A DNA stretch of 64,000 nucleotides, from positions 2,080,001 to 2,144,000 of the forward strand of contig CBDFKD010000002.1 in the NCBI GenBank assembly GCA_965248695.1. Direction: 5' to 3'. A program made the translations under genes and the position numbers. Shown here in pieces: positions 27,204-35,461 of this stretch (positions are counted from its first letter, which is position 1; each line of letters opens with the position of its first letter). A model generated the notes under the pieces. It had not been told where the DNA came from. It worked only from the letters and a program-made list of their open reading frames with translations, and searched no databases. The stretch comes from Acidobacteriota bacterium. Lineage in GTDB: Bacteria; Acidobacteriota; UBA890; WLXD01.

Positions 27204-28913
27204 CTAGTGGTCTGCAACAGATGATCGTTCCATGTCGCGGATGGGATTTGCCGGTGAGCTCGAGGCACTAGTGGCCTGGATGATGGCTTGCGCCGCGGTG
27301 CGGCCAGTGAAGATGCAACCGCCCAGGCAGGTGCCCTCGAGCGACCGCAGCCCGTGGATACCGCCGCCGCCAAACCCCGCCGCCTCACCCACCGCATACA
27401 GACCGGGCAACGGTTCACCGGCCTGGTCGAGGACGCGCGATTGCAGGTCGGTTTGCAGACCACCGAGGCTCTTGCGGCTGATGATGAATTCGCGGATAGC
27501 GATCAGCGGACGGGCACGCGGGTCGTCGATCGGGCACGGCTTGCAGGTTCGCGAGCGGTCGCCGCGAGCGCGCCGAACATGATGCAGCCGCCGGATCTGA
27601 TCGTCGTTTTGCAGGTTCTTGCCGCGCGCGACCGCTTCATCGTAGCGGCCGATCTCGCCCGCCAGCGTCTGGGCATCGACCTCGTCGTTTCCAACCAGGT
27701 CATTCATCCGCCCCGCCAGCTCCGGCACCGAGTCGGCGGTCACGACATCGGCGCACTGCTCGGTGATCTCGCGCAGCAGAGCGTCGTCGCCACGAAGCGT
27801 CGAGAGCACGAAGCGCAGCAGCTTTCGCTCACGCATCGCGTGATTGAACTCCGCTCCGGACACGGCAAGCTCCTTCGCCCCGATGCGCCAGTTGAACACC
27901 TGCCATGAGTACTGACGCTCCTGGCTGCATACGGTCTGCACCAGATAGCGCGTGTCGTACCCCGCCATCATCGCCGGCGGCCCCAGCCGCTCACCGCGCC
28001 AGTTGAGCCACAGCGCGGACATCGGGGGTACCAATGAGAGGCCGTGGTGCTCATGGTCGGGGCGCCAATGGTGCACGCCGGCAGCGTAGTTCCACATCTT
28101 GTCGAGGTGGGTGACGTTGGCACCCAGGCGAGCCGCGACGCTGTGAAGATGCCCGTCCGCGGCCGGATGCGAACCGTTCAGCAGTGTCTCCGGGGCGGAT
28201 CCCCAATCGGCGGGCCAGTGCTGTCGCACCAAGTCGAGGTTGCCGCAGATCCCGCCAGCAGCGAGCACCAAGCAGTCGCCCTCGGCAGCGAACTCGGCGA
28301 CGACCGCGTCACCGGCGGCGGCGCCGTCGGCAACTGCCGACTCGACGACCCCCGAGCAACCGACGAACGCTCCGTTGACGCGATCGAGGTCGGTGACACG
28401 ATGCCGGTGCAGCAGCAGCATCCGGTCACGATGAGGATGGGTCTCGAGTCGCTCGAGCAGAGCCAGCACCAGCCTCTCGCCGGTCCCCCAGACGACGTGA
28501 AACCGTGGCAGCGTGTTGCCACCGCCGTACAGCCCGCGCTCGACCCAGTGCACCACTGGAAAGAACTTCACGCCGTGACCACGCAGCCAGTCATAGACAA
28601 GCTCCCGGCTGCCCGAGACATAGGCCTCCGCCCAACGGCGCGGCCACACGTCCTCGGCACCGTGCTCGCCGAAGCTGAGCCAGTCACGCAGTGCCAGGTC
28701 GGCGGAGTCACGAATGCCGGCGCGGCGCTGCTCCGGGGATCCAACGATGAAGATGCCGCCGAACGATGACCGCGCCAGGCCCCCCAGCTTGTTCTCGGGT
28801 CCGCGCTCGAGCAGCACGATGCTGCGACCGGCATCGAGGAGCTCGAGGGCGGCTGCCAGGCCAGCAAGCCCACCGCCGACCACGACTGCGTCTGCCTTGT
28901 AAGTCGACCCCAC
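27204..28913 (-). CDS. FAD-binding dehydrogenase (KsdD-like, COG3573)
   Basis: GGGLAG, GGLARSSFGG, PRFHVVWGTG, MWNYAAG, RKSLGGLQTD, GEAAGFGGGGIHG, LEGTCLGGC. Confidence 0.88.
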   Translation of the reverse strand: MGSTYKADAVVVGGGLAGLAAALELLDAGRSIVLLERGPENKLGGLARSSFGGIFIVGSPEQRRAGIRDSADLALRDWLSFGEHGAEDVWPRRWAEAYVSGSRELVYDWLRGHGVKFFPVVHWVERGLYGGGNTLPRFHVVWGTGERLVLALLERLETHPHRDRMLLLHRHRVTDLDRVNGAFVGCSGVVESAVADGAAAGDAVVAEFAAEGDCLVLAAGGICGNLDLVRQHWPADWGSAPETLLNGSHPAADGHLHSVAARLGANVTHLDKMWNYAAGVHHWRPDHEHHGLSLVPPMSALWLNWRGERLGPPAMMAGYDTRYLVQTVCSQERQYSWQVFNWRIGAKELAVSGAEFNHAMRERKLLRFVLSTLRGDDALLREITEQCADVVTADSVPELAGRMNDLVGNDEVDAQTLAGEIGRYDEAVARGKNLQNDDQIRRLHHVRRARGDRSRTCKPCPIDDPRARPLIAIREFIISRKSLGGLQTDLQSRVLDQAGEPLPGLYAVGEAAGFGGGGIHGLRSLEGTCLGGCIFTGRTAAQAIIQATSASSSPANPIRDMERSSVADH

Positions 28914-29026
28914 ACCGGCTCCTAGTGTGCGCTAGCTCGGGTCAGCCGTTGATGCAGTGGCCGACGAGGCAACGATGGGGCAGCATGGTGGCAGCGTCAA
29001 CACCCCTGGAGAGGAGTCGACACCAG

Positions 29027-29488
29027 ATGCTTGCAGCCGTCTTTGGCGCCATTGCGCTGATCCTCTCGACCCTGCCGTCGGCGCAGTTCGAGATGGACGG
29101 GGTCGATGCGATCTCACCTGGGGTTTCTGGCGGCAACGGCACCCTGACACACGGGTCATGTCATTGCCCGACGAGGAAGGACGGCCCTTACGTTTACTCC
29201 GAGTTCATTCCGGGTGAGCCGCGACCGCAGGAAGGGGCGCACGACACCTCGGCCTTGGGGCTCGGGCTGGCGATCGGTGACGCGGCATGGTTCTTCCCAT
29301 TCCCTGCGCTCGCCGGCGCCGACACGCCGTTGCAAATGAGCATCGGTGGCGAATCGGTGTTCATTCACTTCAGCGCTGACGGGCTCACCAGTTGGGCCGA
29401 AAACGACGCCGGCGTGCTGCTGATGTCGGTGCTCGCGTATGAGCAAGGTTGGCGGAACTTCTACCCCCATACGCGGGTTTGGAGATAA
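29027..29488 (+). CDS. Exported protein resembling the C-terminal part of DUF3179
   Basis: GAGGAG RBS, signal-like N-terminus, HGSCHCP, GLAIGDAAWFFPF, C-terminal AYEQGWRNFYPHTRVW. Confidence 0.55.
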   Translation: MLAAVFGAIALILSTLPSAQFEMDGVDAISPGVSGGNGTLTHGSCHCPTRKDGPYVYSEFIPGEPRPQEGAHDTSALGLGLAIGDAAWFFPFPALAGADTPLQMSIGGESVFIHFSADGLTSWAENDAGVLLMSVLAYEQGWRNFYPHTRVWR

Positions 29489-29497
29489 CCGACGACG

Positions 29498-30565
29498 ATG
29501 CTCGGCGTCGGCACCACCGGTCCTTCGGAGGGCGGTCCTCCAGACACGTCTCGGTCGCGGCTGGTCACGACGATCGCCAGATGGGGAGTGGCGATCATCC
29601 TCATCGGCGCCGCCGTCAATCTCGCCCTGGCCTGGCAGTCGATCCGCTTCGGGGCAGCGGAGACGATGCACGCCGCGGCACCAATCTGGCTCGGCGTCGC
29701 CGTCGTCCTCGGAATCGCACCCTGGGCGTTCACCGCCGCTAGATGCTGGATGTGGGCACGTTTCTTCAACACCCCGATCAGCACACGCGACGCGCTCCGC
29801 GTGGCTGTCGGCACCGAGTTGGGCTCGTCGATCAGCCCGAGGGCGATCGGCGGTGGTCCGGTCAAGGTGGGGTTACTCGTCGACAGCGGAGTGCGGACAG
29901 GCACCGCTGCTTCGATGCTGATGCTCGACAACCTCGTCGACTTCGTGTTCTTCGCCGGCGTGGCGCCGGCGATCGCCTTCGCCACGGCACGATGGGCCCT
30001 GCCGGAGGTACAGGAAGTGCTCGGCCGGCTTGTCACCAAGGGCCTCGTTGCCGCGCCGTGGATTGCAGGCGTCGCCGCGCTTGCCGGCCTGCTGGTTGTG
30101 GCGCGACGCCTCAGAGTCAGTGCCCGCGCCGTGAGCGGCTCCGACCCGAAGCGCGGCGCCTTGGCTCGCGTTCGTGACGACTTTCTGTCCGCCTATGCGC
30201 TCGTCGGCAAGCGCGGCAAGGGGCGCTTCCTCGGCGCGGTCGTGCTCACCACCGGACTCTGGGGCACCCGCTGCTGCGTAGCCACCGCGGTTCTGTACGG
30301 CCTCGGCGCCGAGACCGACCCGGTGTTGTTCTTCCTGCTGCAGTGGGTGGTGTTCATGATGATGGTGCTGGTACCGACCCCGGGCGCCGCACTCGGTGCG
30401 GAAGCCTCGTTCGGCGCCGTGATCGACGGCTTCGTCGTCGAGGGGCTCCTCGGTATCCTCACCGCCGGCTGGCGCTTCTTCAGCTTCTACCTGCCGCTGC
30501 TGCTGGGCCTGGCGACAATGGCGCTCCTCGGCACGCGGCCAAACCAGCTGCTGCGAAACACCTGA
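29498..30565 (+). CDS. Lysylphosphatidylglycerol synthase TM / flippase-like (UPF0104) membrane protein
   Basis: ISPRAIGGGP, VPTPGAALGAE, WRFFSFY; multiple TM helices. Confidence 0.82.
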   Translation: MLGVGTTGPSEGGPPDTSRSRLVTTIARWGVAIILIGAAVNLALAWQSIRFGAAETMHAAAPIWLGVAVVLGIAPWAFTAARCWMWARFFNTPISTRDALRVAVGTELGSSISPRAIGGGPVKVGLLVDSGVRTGTAASMLMLDNLVDFVFFAGVAPAIAFATARWALPEVQEVLGRLVTKGLVAAPWIAGVAALAGLLVVARRLRVSARAVSGSDPKRGALARVRDDFLSAYALVGKRGKGRFLGAVVLTTGLWGTRCCVATAVLYGLGAETDPVLFFLLQWVVFMMMVLVPTPGAALGAEASFGAVIDGFVVEGLLGILTAGWRFFSFYLPLLLGLATMALLGTRPNQLLRNT

Positions 30566-30570
30566 GCGCC

Positions 30571-33000
30571 TCAGTCGCCCCGCAACGCCACCACCGGATC
30601 GACGCGCGTGGCTCGCCGAACCGGAATCCAGCTTGCTGCCGCTGCCACCAGCGCCAGCAGCGTGGTTACGCCCCCAAAGGTGAGTGGATCCGTCGCCTCG
30701 ACCCCGTAGAGCTGGCTGGCCATGAAGCGCGTGAGCCAGACCGCGCCGATGAGCCCGAGGCCGAGCCCGATGATCGTCAGCAACGCTCCATGACGCATTA
30801 CCAGGCCCCGGACTGCACTGGCGTCGGCACCCAGGGCCATGCGAATCGCCAGCTCCTTGGCCCGATGTTCCACGGTGTAGGCGAGCACGCCGTAGATGCC
30901 GACCGATGCCAACACGAGCGCGATGACGCCAAAAGCACCCGCGAGCCACATGCTGAAGCGGTCGGTGCTTAGCGATCGGGCAACGATCTGGTCCATCGTC
31001 TCGACGCGGGAGATCGGGACCCCCGGATCCATCGTGCGGAGCGCCTCGCGCGCCGGGCCGATCAACGATCGCGGATCGCTGCTAGTCTCCAGCACCACGT
31101 TCATCAAGCGGAACGGAGCCTGCTTGTGTGGAAAGTAGATCGACGGCGACGCGTCGACCCGTAGCCCGGCATACCTCACATCGTCGACCAACGCGACGAT
31201 CTCAACTTCGTTGAGCAGGATCGCACCCAGCGGTCCGAACCGTAACGCCGTGTTTGTGAGCTTCTCACCGATCGGGTCTTCGGTGGGAAAGAACTGTCGG
31301 GCGAAAGCCTCATTGACGGCCACCACGCCAACCCCGGCTGTGTCGTCCGTCGGTTCGAACCGACGCCCGTCCTTCAGCGCCACTCCCAGCGTGCCGAAGA
31401 AACCCGGGTCGACCTGCCGGAAATATGCCCGGTTCGACTCGCCTGCCGGCGGTGGCTCGCGATCCAGGATCAGAAAGGTGGCCTGGTAGTCGAGAGACTC
31501 CCCAAGTGGAAGCGAGGAGGCCATCCCGGCGGATTCGACCCCGGGGAGCCGCGAGAATCTGTCCATCACCTGGCCGTAGAACTGGGCGACGGACTCATCG
31601 GCCGGGTAGACCGTGTTGGACAGGTTCATCTGCATGGTGAGAACACCGTCGGAACCGAAACCGGCGTCGGTATCCTGGAGCCGGGCGAAAGAGCGCAGCA
31701 GGAGCCCGGCGCCGATGACCAGGATCGCCGCCAGCGCCAGCTGCGCCACGACGAACGCATTGCGCATGCGCAGTCGCTCGGCACCCATAGAGCCCTTGGC
31801 GCCCTCCTTCAGCGCCGCCTGAAGGTCGGCGCGCAGCAATCGTACGATCGGGGCGAGTCCGAACGCTACGCCGGTGAGCACAGTTGCGGCTACCGCGACG
31901 GCAAGCACGGTGCCGTCGATGTCGATCTCCTGCAGGCGTGGGATAGCGGACGGACCCACGGCCACGAGGGCACGCACGCTGGCCCATGCAAGTCCCAGGC
32001 CCAGAAGGGCTCCTGCAGCGGCGAGCACGATGCTCTCGGTAAGCAGCTGGCGCACGAGCCGCCGGCGCCCGGCGCCGAGCGCCGCACGCACCGCGATCTC
32101 GGTGTGGCGTGACTCCGACTGCGTCAACAGCAGGTTGGCCACGTTGGCGCAGGCAATGAGCAAGACCGCGGCGGTCGCCCCGAACAGAACCATCAGCGCC
32201 GACCCGGTGTCGCCGACCACCACCTCCTGAAGGGCGGCCGTACTGGCGCTCCACCCGGAGTTGGAGTTGGGATAGGCCTGTGCCATTCGACCGGTCAAGC
32301 CCTTGATGTCGGCATCGGCGGCGCTCAAGTCGACTCCCGGCTTCATGCGGCCGACGGCGTTCATCCAACGACCGAATCGGCCCTGTAGCGGGAAGTTGAC
32401 GTTGGTCCACAGGTCCACTTCCTGAGGAAACGCGAACAACGCCGGCATAATCCCGACTACCATATAAGGGACCTCCTCGACCGTGATCGGCTGGTTGAGG
32501 ATCCCCGCATCACCGCCGAACCGGCGCTGCCACAGGCCGTGGCTGAGAATGGCGGTCGGAGGCGCACCCGGAGCCCCTTCCTCGGCCGTGAAGGTCCGGC
32601 CCAGCGCCGCCGAGGCGCCCAGCAATGGAAACAGATCGACGGTGACCAGCGCTGCCTTGACCCGGGTCGGGTTGTCGTCGCGATCACGGATTGTCAGGTT
32701 GTTCGGCCAAAAGCCGGAGATTCCCTGGAACGTCTGCGTTTGCTCGCGCCAGTCACCGAGGTTTCCCGGTGAGACGGGCGACCGATCGAGCCCCTGGGCG
32801 TCGTTGCGTTCCCAAAGCATCACGAGTTGGTGCGGAGCGTCGTAGGGAAGCGGACGTAACAGCACGGCGTTGACGACACTGAAGATCGCTGTCAGCGCGC
32901 CGATACCGAGCGCCAGCGTAGCGGTCGTGACGAGCGTAAAGCCGAGGTTGTTGCGCAGCGACCGGAGCGCGTACCGGACATCCTTGGCGACGGTGCCCAA
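30571..33000 (-). CDS. ADOP-type duplicated ABC permease
   Basis: AGGAGGT RBS before TTG 33000; DVRYALRSL, LLIACANVANLLL, RLVRQLLTES, ELAIRMALGA, RRATRVDPVVALRGD. Confidence 0.93.
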   Translation of the reverse strand: MGTVAKDVRYALRSLRNNLGFTLVTTATLALGIGALTAIFSVVNAVLLRPLPYDAPHQLVMLWERNDAQGLDRSPVSPGNLGDWREQTQTFQGISGFWPNNLTIRDRDDNPTRVKAALVTVDLFPLLGASAALGRTFTAEEGAPGAPPTAILSHGLWQRRFGGDAGILNQPITVEEVPYMVVGIMPALFAFPQEVDLWTNVNFPLQGRFGRWMNAVGRMKPGVDLSAADADIKGLTGRMAQAYPNSNSGWSASTAALQEVVVGDTGSALMVLFGATAAVLLIACANVANLLLTQSESRHTEIAVRAALGAGRRRLVRQLLTESIVLAAAGALLGLGLAWASVRALVAVGPSAIPRLQEIDIDGTVLAVAVAATVLTGVAFGLAPIVRLLRADLQAALKEGAKGSMGAERLRMRNAFVVAQLALAAILVIGAGLLLRSFARLQDTDAGFGSDGVLTMQMNLSNTVYPADESVAQFYGQVMDRFSRLPGVESAGMASSLPLGESLDYQATFLILDREPPPAGESNRAYFRQVDPGFFGTLGVALKDGRRFEPTDDTAGVGVVAVNEAFARQFFPTEDPIGEKLTNTALRFGPLGAILLNEVEIVALVDDVRYAGLRVDASPSIYFPHKQAPFRLMNVVLETSSDPRSLIGPAREALRTMDPGVPISRVETMDQIVARSLSTDRFSMWLAGAFGVIALVLASVGIYGVLAYTVEHRAKELAIRMALGADASAVRGLVMRHGALLTIIGLGLGLIGAVWLTRFMASQLYGVEATDPLTFGGVTTLLALVAAAASWIPVRRATRVDPVVALRGD

Positions 33001-33006
33001 CGGTGG

Positions 33007-33100
33007 ACCTCCTGGGTTTCCTGGATCTTCGGACGCGGCTCGGGAGCGCAACGCAGGATGCATCTTCGGGTACCCGTAGAGATGCGTCCAAGAGAAACCC
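33007..33100 (-). promoter_or_regulatory. Structured 5' leader / palindromic site upstream of the ADOP permease
   Basis: GGGTTTC (33014-33020) complements GAAACCC (33094-33100) next to the SD; long hairpin GGATGCATCT..AGATGCGTCC (33056-33089). Confidence 0.4.
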
Positions 33101-33404
33101 TCCAACGGCCCGGGGCGTCGCCGAACGGCCCGCCACGCCGGGTGATCGGCGTCGACCGGACCTGCTGAGGCGCTGCCTCGATGCCTTGTTCCGGGCGCGC
33201 TTATGCCTACTACTGACGTCTGCGCCTGGCCGGGCACCGGTCGGCTGTCGTCGGCCTCGGCGGTGCGGCCACACTTGGCCACTCAGAGGAGCTGCGCCTG
33301 GCCGCCGAGAAACGGGGCCAACCCATACGGATGCGACGCGCGCAGCAATACGCAGGCTTGCACAAGCCGCGGCGCTAGTGTCGCCTCGCGACGTCGAGCC
33401 CTGG

Positions 33405-35126
33405 TTAGTACCTCACCCGGGTGACGTTGGTTGCCCAGGAGCACGAGAAACCGCCGAAGCCGAACTTGCCGAACTCGCCAGTCAGCCAGACGTCTTCGGT
33501 TACCGGATCCGGCGCGACGCCGATGTAGTCGCCGGTGCGCACACGGACAGCGCGCTCGCCGGTCGGTAGTTGAATAATGCTCTGGGTTTGCAAGGTGCAC
33601 TCACCGGCGGCGGCAAATTTCGGCTTGTCGAAACCTCTCGCTAGGCCGGCAGCGTCGCCGAAAGCCAGCGCACCATTCTTCATGCCTGCGTACGCTGTAC
33701 CCAGCAGCTTGTTGTCGCCGCTGCGCAGAAACCCCGCCACTACGTCACCGCCGGGCGTGACCGCCACGCCCGGCCAGAAGAAGTACTCCTTCCGACGTCC
33801 AAACGTGTCTTCGAAATCGATCGAGTCGCCACCGTCATCGGGCGCGATGCGCCCCACTCGCACACACGTGAGGTTCGTACGCGAGCCCTTCAGCGAGCAC
33901 CCGGTGGCGTGTGTGAACCACAGTCGACCGTGCCGATAGACTGCCTGCTGCATCACCCGCGGGTCGCCGGTCTCGAGCAACTCACCGCCGCCACTTTGAC
34001 TGGCCTGCGGCGGGAATGTGTAGCGGTCGAGCGCCCGCACCTCGGCACGCGCGAGCTTGGGTCGAGCGGCGCCCCGGGCGCCCTTGGTGCTGATCCGGAA
34101 CAGGGTGTAGGTGGAGCCCCCCAGCACCTCGGAGCTCAAGGCGAACAGCGGATCGCCGGCGAGCCCACTGGCCTCATAGTGTTGCGCCGGCTGTACGGAA
34201 AACTCGCCGAGGTCGTTCTTGCGAAGGTTGAACTTGAAGAACTTGGCGGTGGGACACCTGGCGGCGTTATCGGCAATGACGCTCTTGTCGACAACGAACA
34301 GACGCGACTGGTTCGAAAAGCTACCGGAGAAAGGGAAGTTGTTGGTGCTGATCGCCAGCCAGCGCTCGCTCATCCCGAGCCCGGGGTAGTCACCCCATGT
34401 GTTGCCGAGCCTCGTACTGATGGCGTACTTGCACCAGTTGTCATCGCCGAGCGTAGCCGGCGCGTTGCTGCGGGACACCGAGAGGTATGCCCGCGCGTAG
34501 GCCGAACTGGCCAGATCGACCTCCAGCATGACCAGAAAGAAGCGCTCTGACAGCGGATCGTAGTGGGCCTTGGGATCCGTGATCGTGGGCTCCGTCGACC
34601 CACCGGTAACGGGCGGGAGTCCGAAATGCTCGGTCAACGTCTGGCTCACCGCGTTGTCCCCGGTGTGATCGGTCAAACGCACGGCGATATTCACCGCCTG
34701 CAGCACATGCTGTGGGCCCACGGCCAGCTGAGAATCGGGCGGGTAGACCCCGAGACCGAGCTCTCCTTGCCCGAGGCCGGGGAACGACGCCTTCACTCCC
34801 GGCGCCCGCGACAGCTCGGGCGCATCCGAGCCGAGTCGCAGGTGGCGGCCGACGGGCGCTTCCGGGTCGCTGACCGCAGCCTCCTTCAGCCTTTGCAGCG
34901 TCTGGCTGTCAAACGGGCTCTCACGTACCGGTTCACGGGACATTAGCCGCGGAGCGCGCGAGGTATCGAGCTGCCTACCGTTCGGGCGCGTTGCGCAGCA
35001 GGGTTCCACCTGCTCGATCTCATCGGCGTCCTGGAAGGCAGCTTGCGCCGCTCCCGGCGGCGCGCTCACGCCCGCGAGGCTAGCGCTGACGAGTGCGACC
35101 CACAGCAGGGGTTGGCTCGGTGTCAT
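33405..35126 (-). CDS. Hypothetical secreted beta-rich protein (PPD..AVG / DP..YD / DYP / R.GDY motif family)
   Basis: AAGGA RBS, signal peptide, YPPDSQLAVGPQHV, DPKAHYDPLSERFF, WGDYPGLG, RTGDYIGVAPDP. Confidence 0.75.
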   Translation of the reverse strand: MTPSQPLLWVALVSASLAGVSAPPGAAQAAFQDADEIEQVEPCCATRPNGRQLDTSRAPRLMSREPVRESPFDSQTLQRLKEAAVSDPEAPVGRHLRLGSDAPELSRAPGVKASFPGLGQGELGLGVYPPDSQLAVGPQHVLQAVNIAVRLTDHTGDNAVSQTLTEHFGLPPVTGGSTEPTITDPKAHYDPLSERFFLVMLEVDLASSAYARAYLSVSRSNAPATLGDDNWCKYAISTRLGNTWGDYPGLGMSERWLAISTNNFPFSGSFSNQSRLFVVDKSVIADNAARCPTAKFFKFNLRKNDLGEFSVQPAQHYEASGLAGDPLFALSSEVLGGSTYTLFRISTKGARGAARPKLARAEVRALDRYTFPPQASQSGGGELLETGDPRVMQQAVYRHGRLWFTHATGCSLKGSRTNLTCVRVGRIAPDDGGDSIDFEDTFGRRKEYFFWPGVAVTPGGDVVAGFLRSGDNKLLGTAYAGMKNGALAFGDAAGLARGFDKPKFAAAGECTLQTQSIIQLPTGERAVRVRTGDYIGVAPDPVTEDVWLTGEFGKFGFGGFSCSWATNVTRVRY

Positions 35127-35143
35127 GCTCGTCCTTTCTACGG

Positions 35144-35246
35144 CGCCAGGGCCGCGTCGCCGGGGCTTTGGCCAGGAAACCTCGGCACCGGAAGCCTCGT
35201 CGCCAGGGCCGCGGCACACCGGCGACCTCGTCACCAGGGGCACTCC
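35144..35246. repeat. Degenerate tandem repeat, about 7 units of 14-16 bp
   Basis: cgccagggccgcgt / cgccggggctttgg / ccaggaaacctcgg / caccggaagcctcgt / cgccagggccgcggca / caccggcgacctcgt / caccaggggcactcc. Confidence 0.5.
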
Positions 35247-35461
35247 CGACATTAGCAGGTGGGGGACGGCGTCTGCTCGGTGCCACTACCGGGGCGCCGT
35301 GACGGCGACCTAGCGACTCGTTTGTCGGGTGCTGACCGGCTCCGGCTCCTTGCTTGACGAGCACACGTCGACGCCCGCGGTTCTCTTGGCGATACTCAGT
35401 TGCTGAGCGTACCCCGTCCGCGGCGCTTGGCCATCGTCACATCAGCAACTGGAAGCAACCG

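Noticed and set aside
28766-29488. Selenocysteine read-through in the DUF3179-like gene
   Set aside because: No in-frame TGA; the ORF ends in TAA
33247-33262. 16-bp match GTCGTCGGCCTCGGCG with 61325-61340 as a REP-like repeat
   Set aside because: A match this short and GC-rich can arise by chance in 64 kb, and the flanks do not extend it
33283-33600. 105-aa ORF downstream of the secreted protein
   Set aside because: Mostly overlaps the real gene in another frame and has no recognisable features
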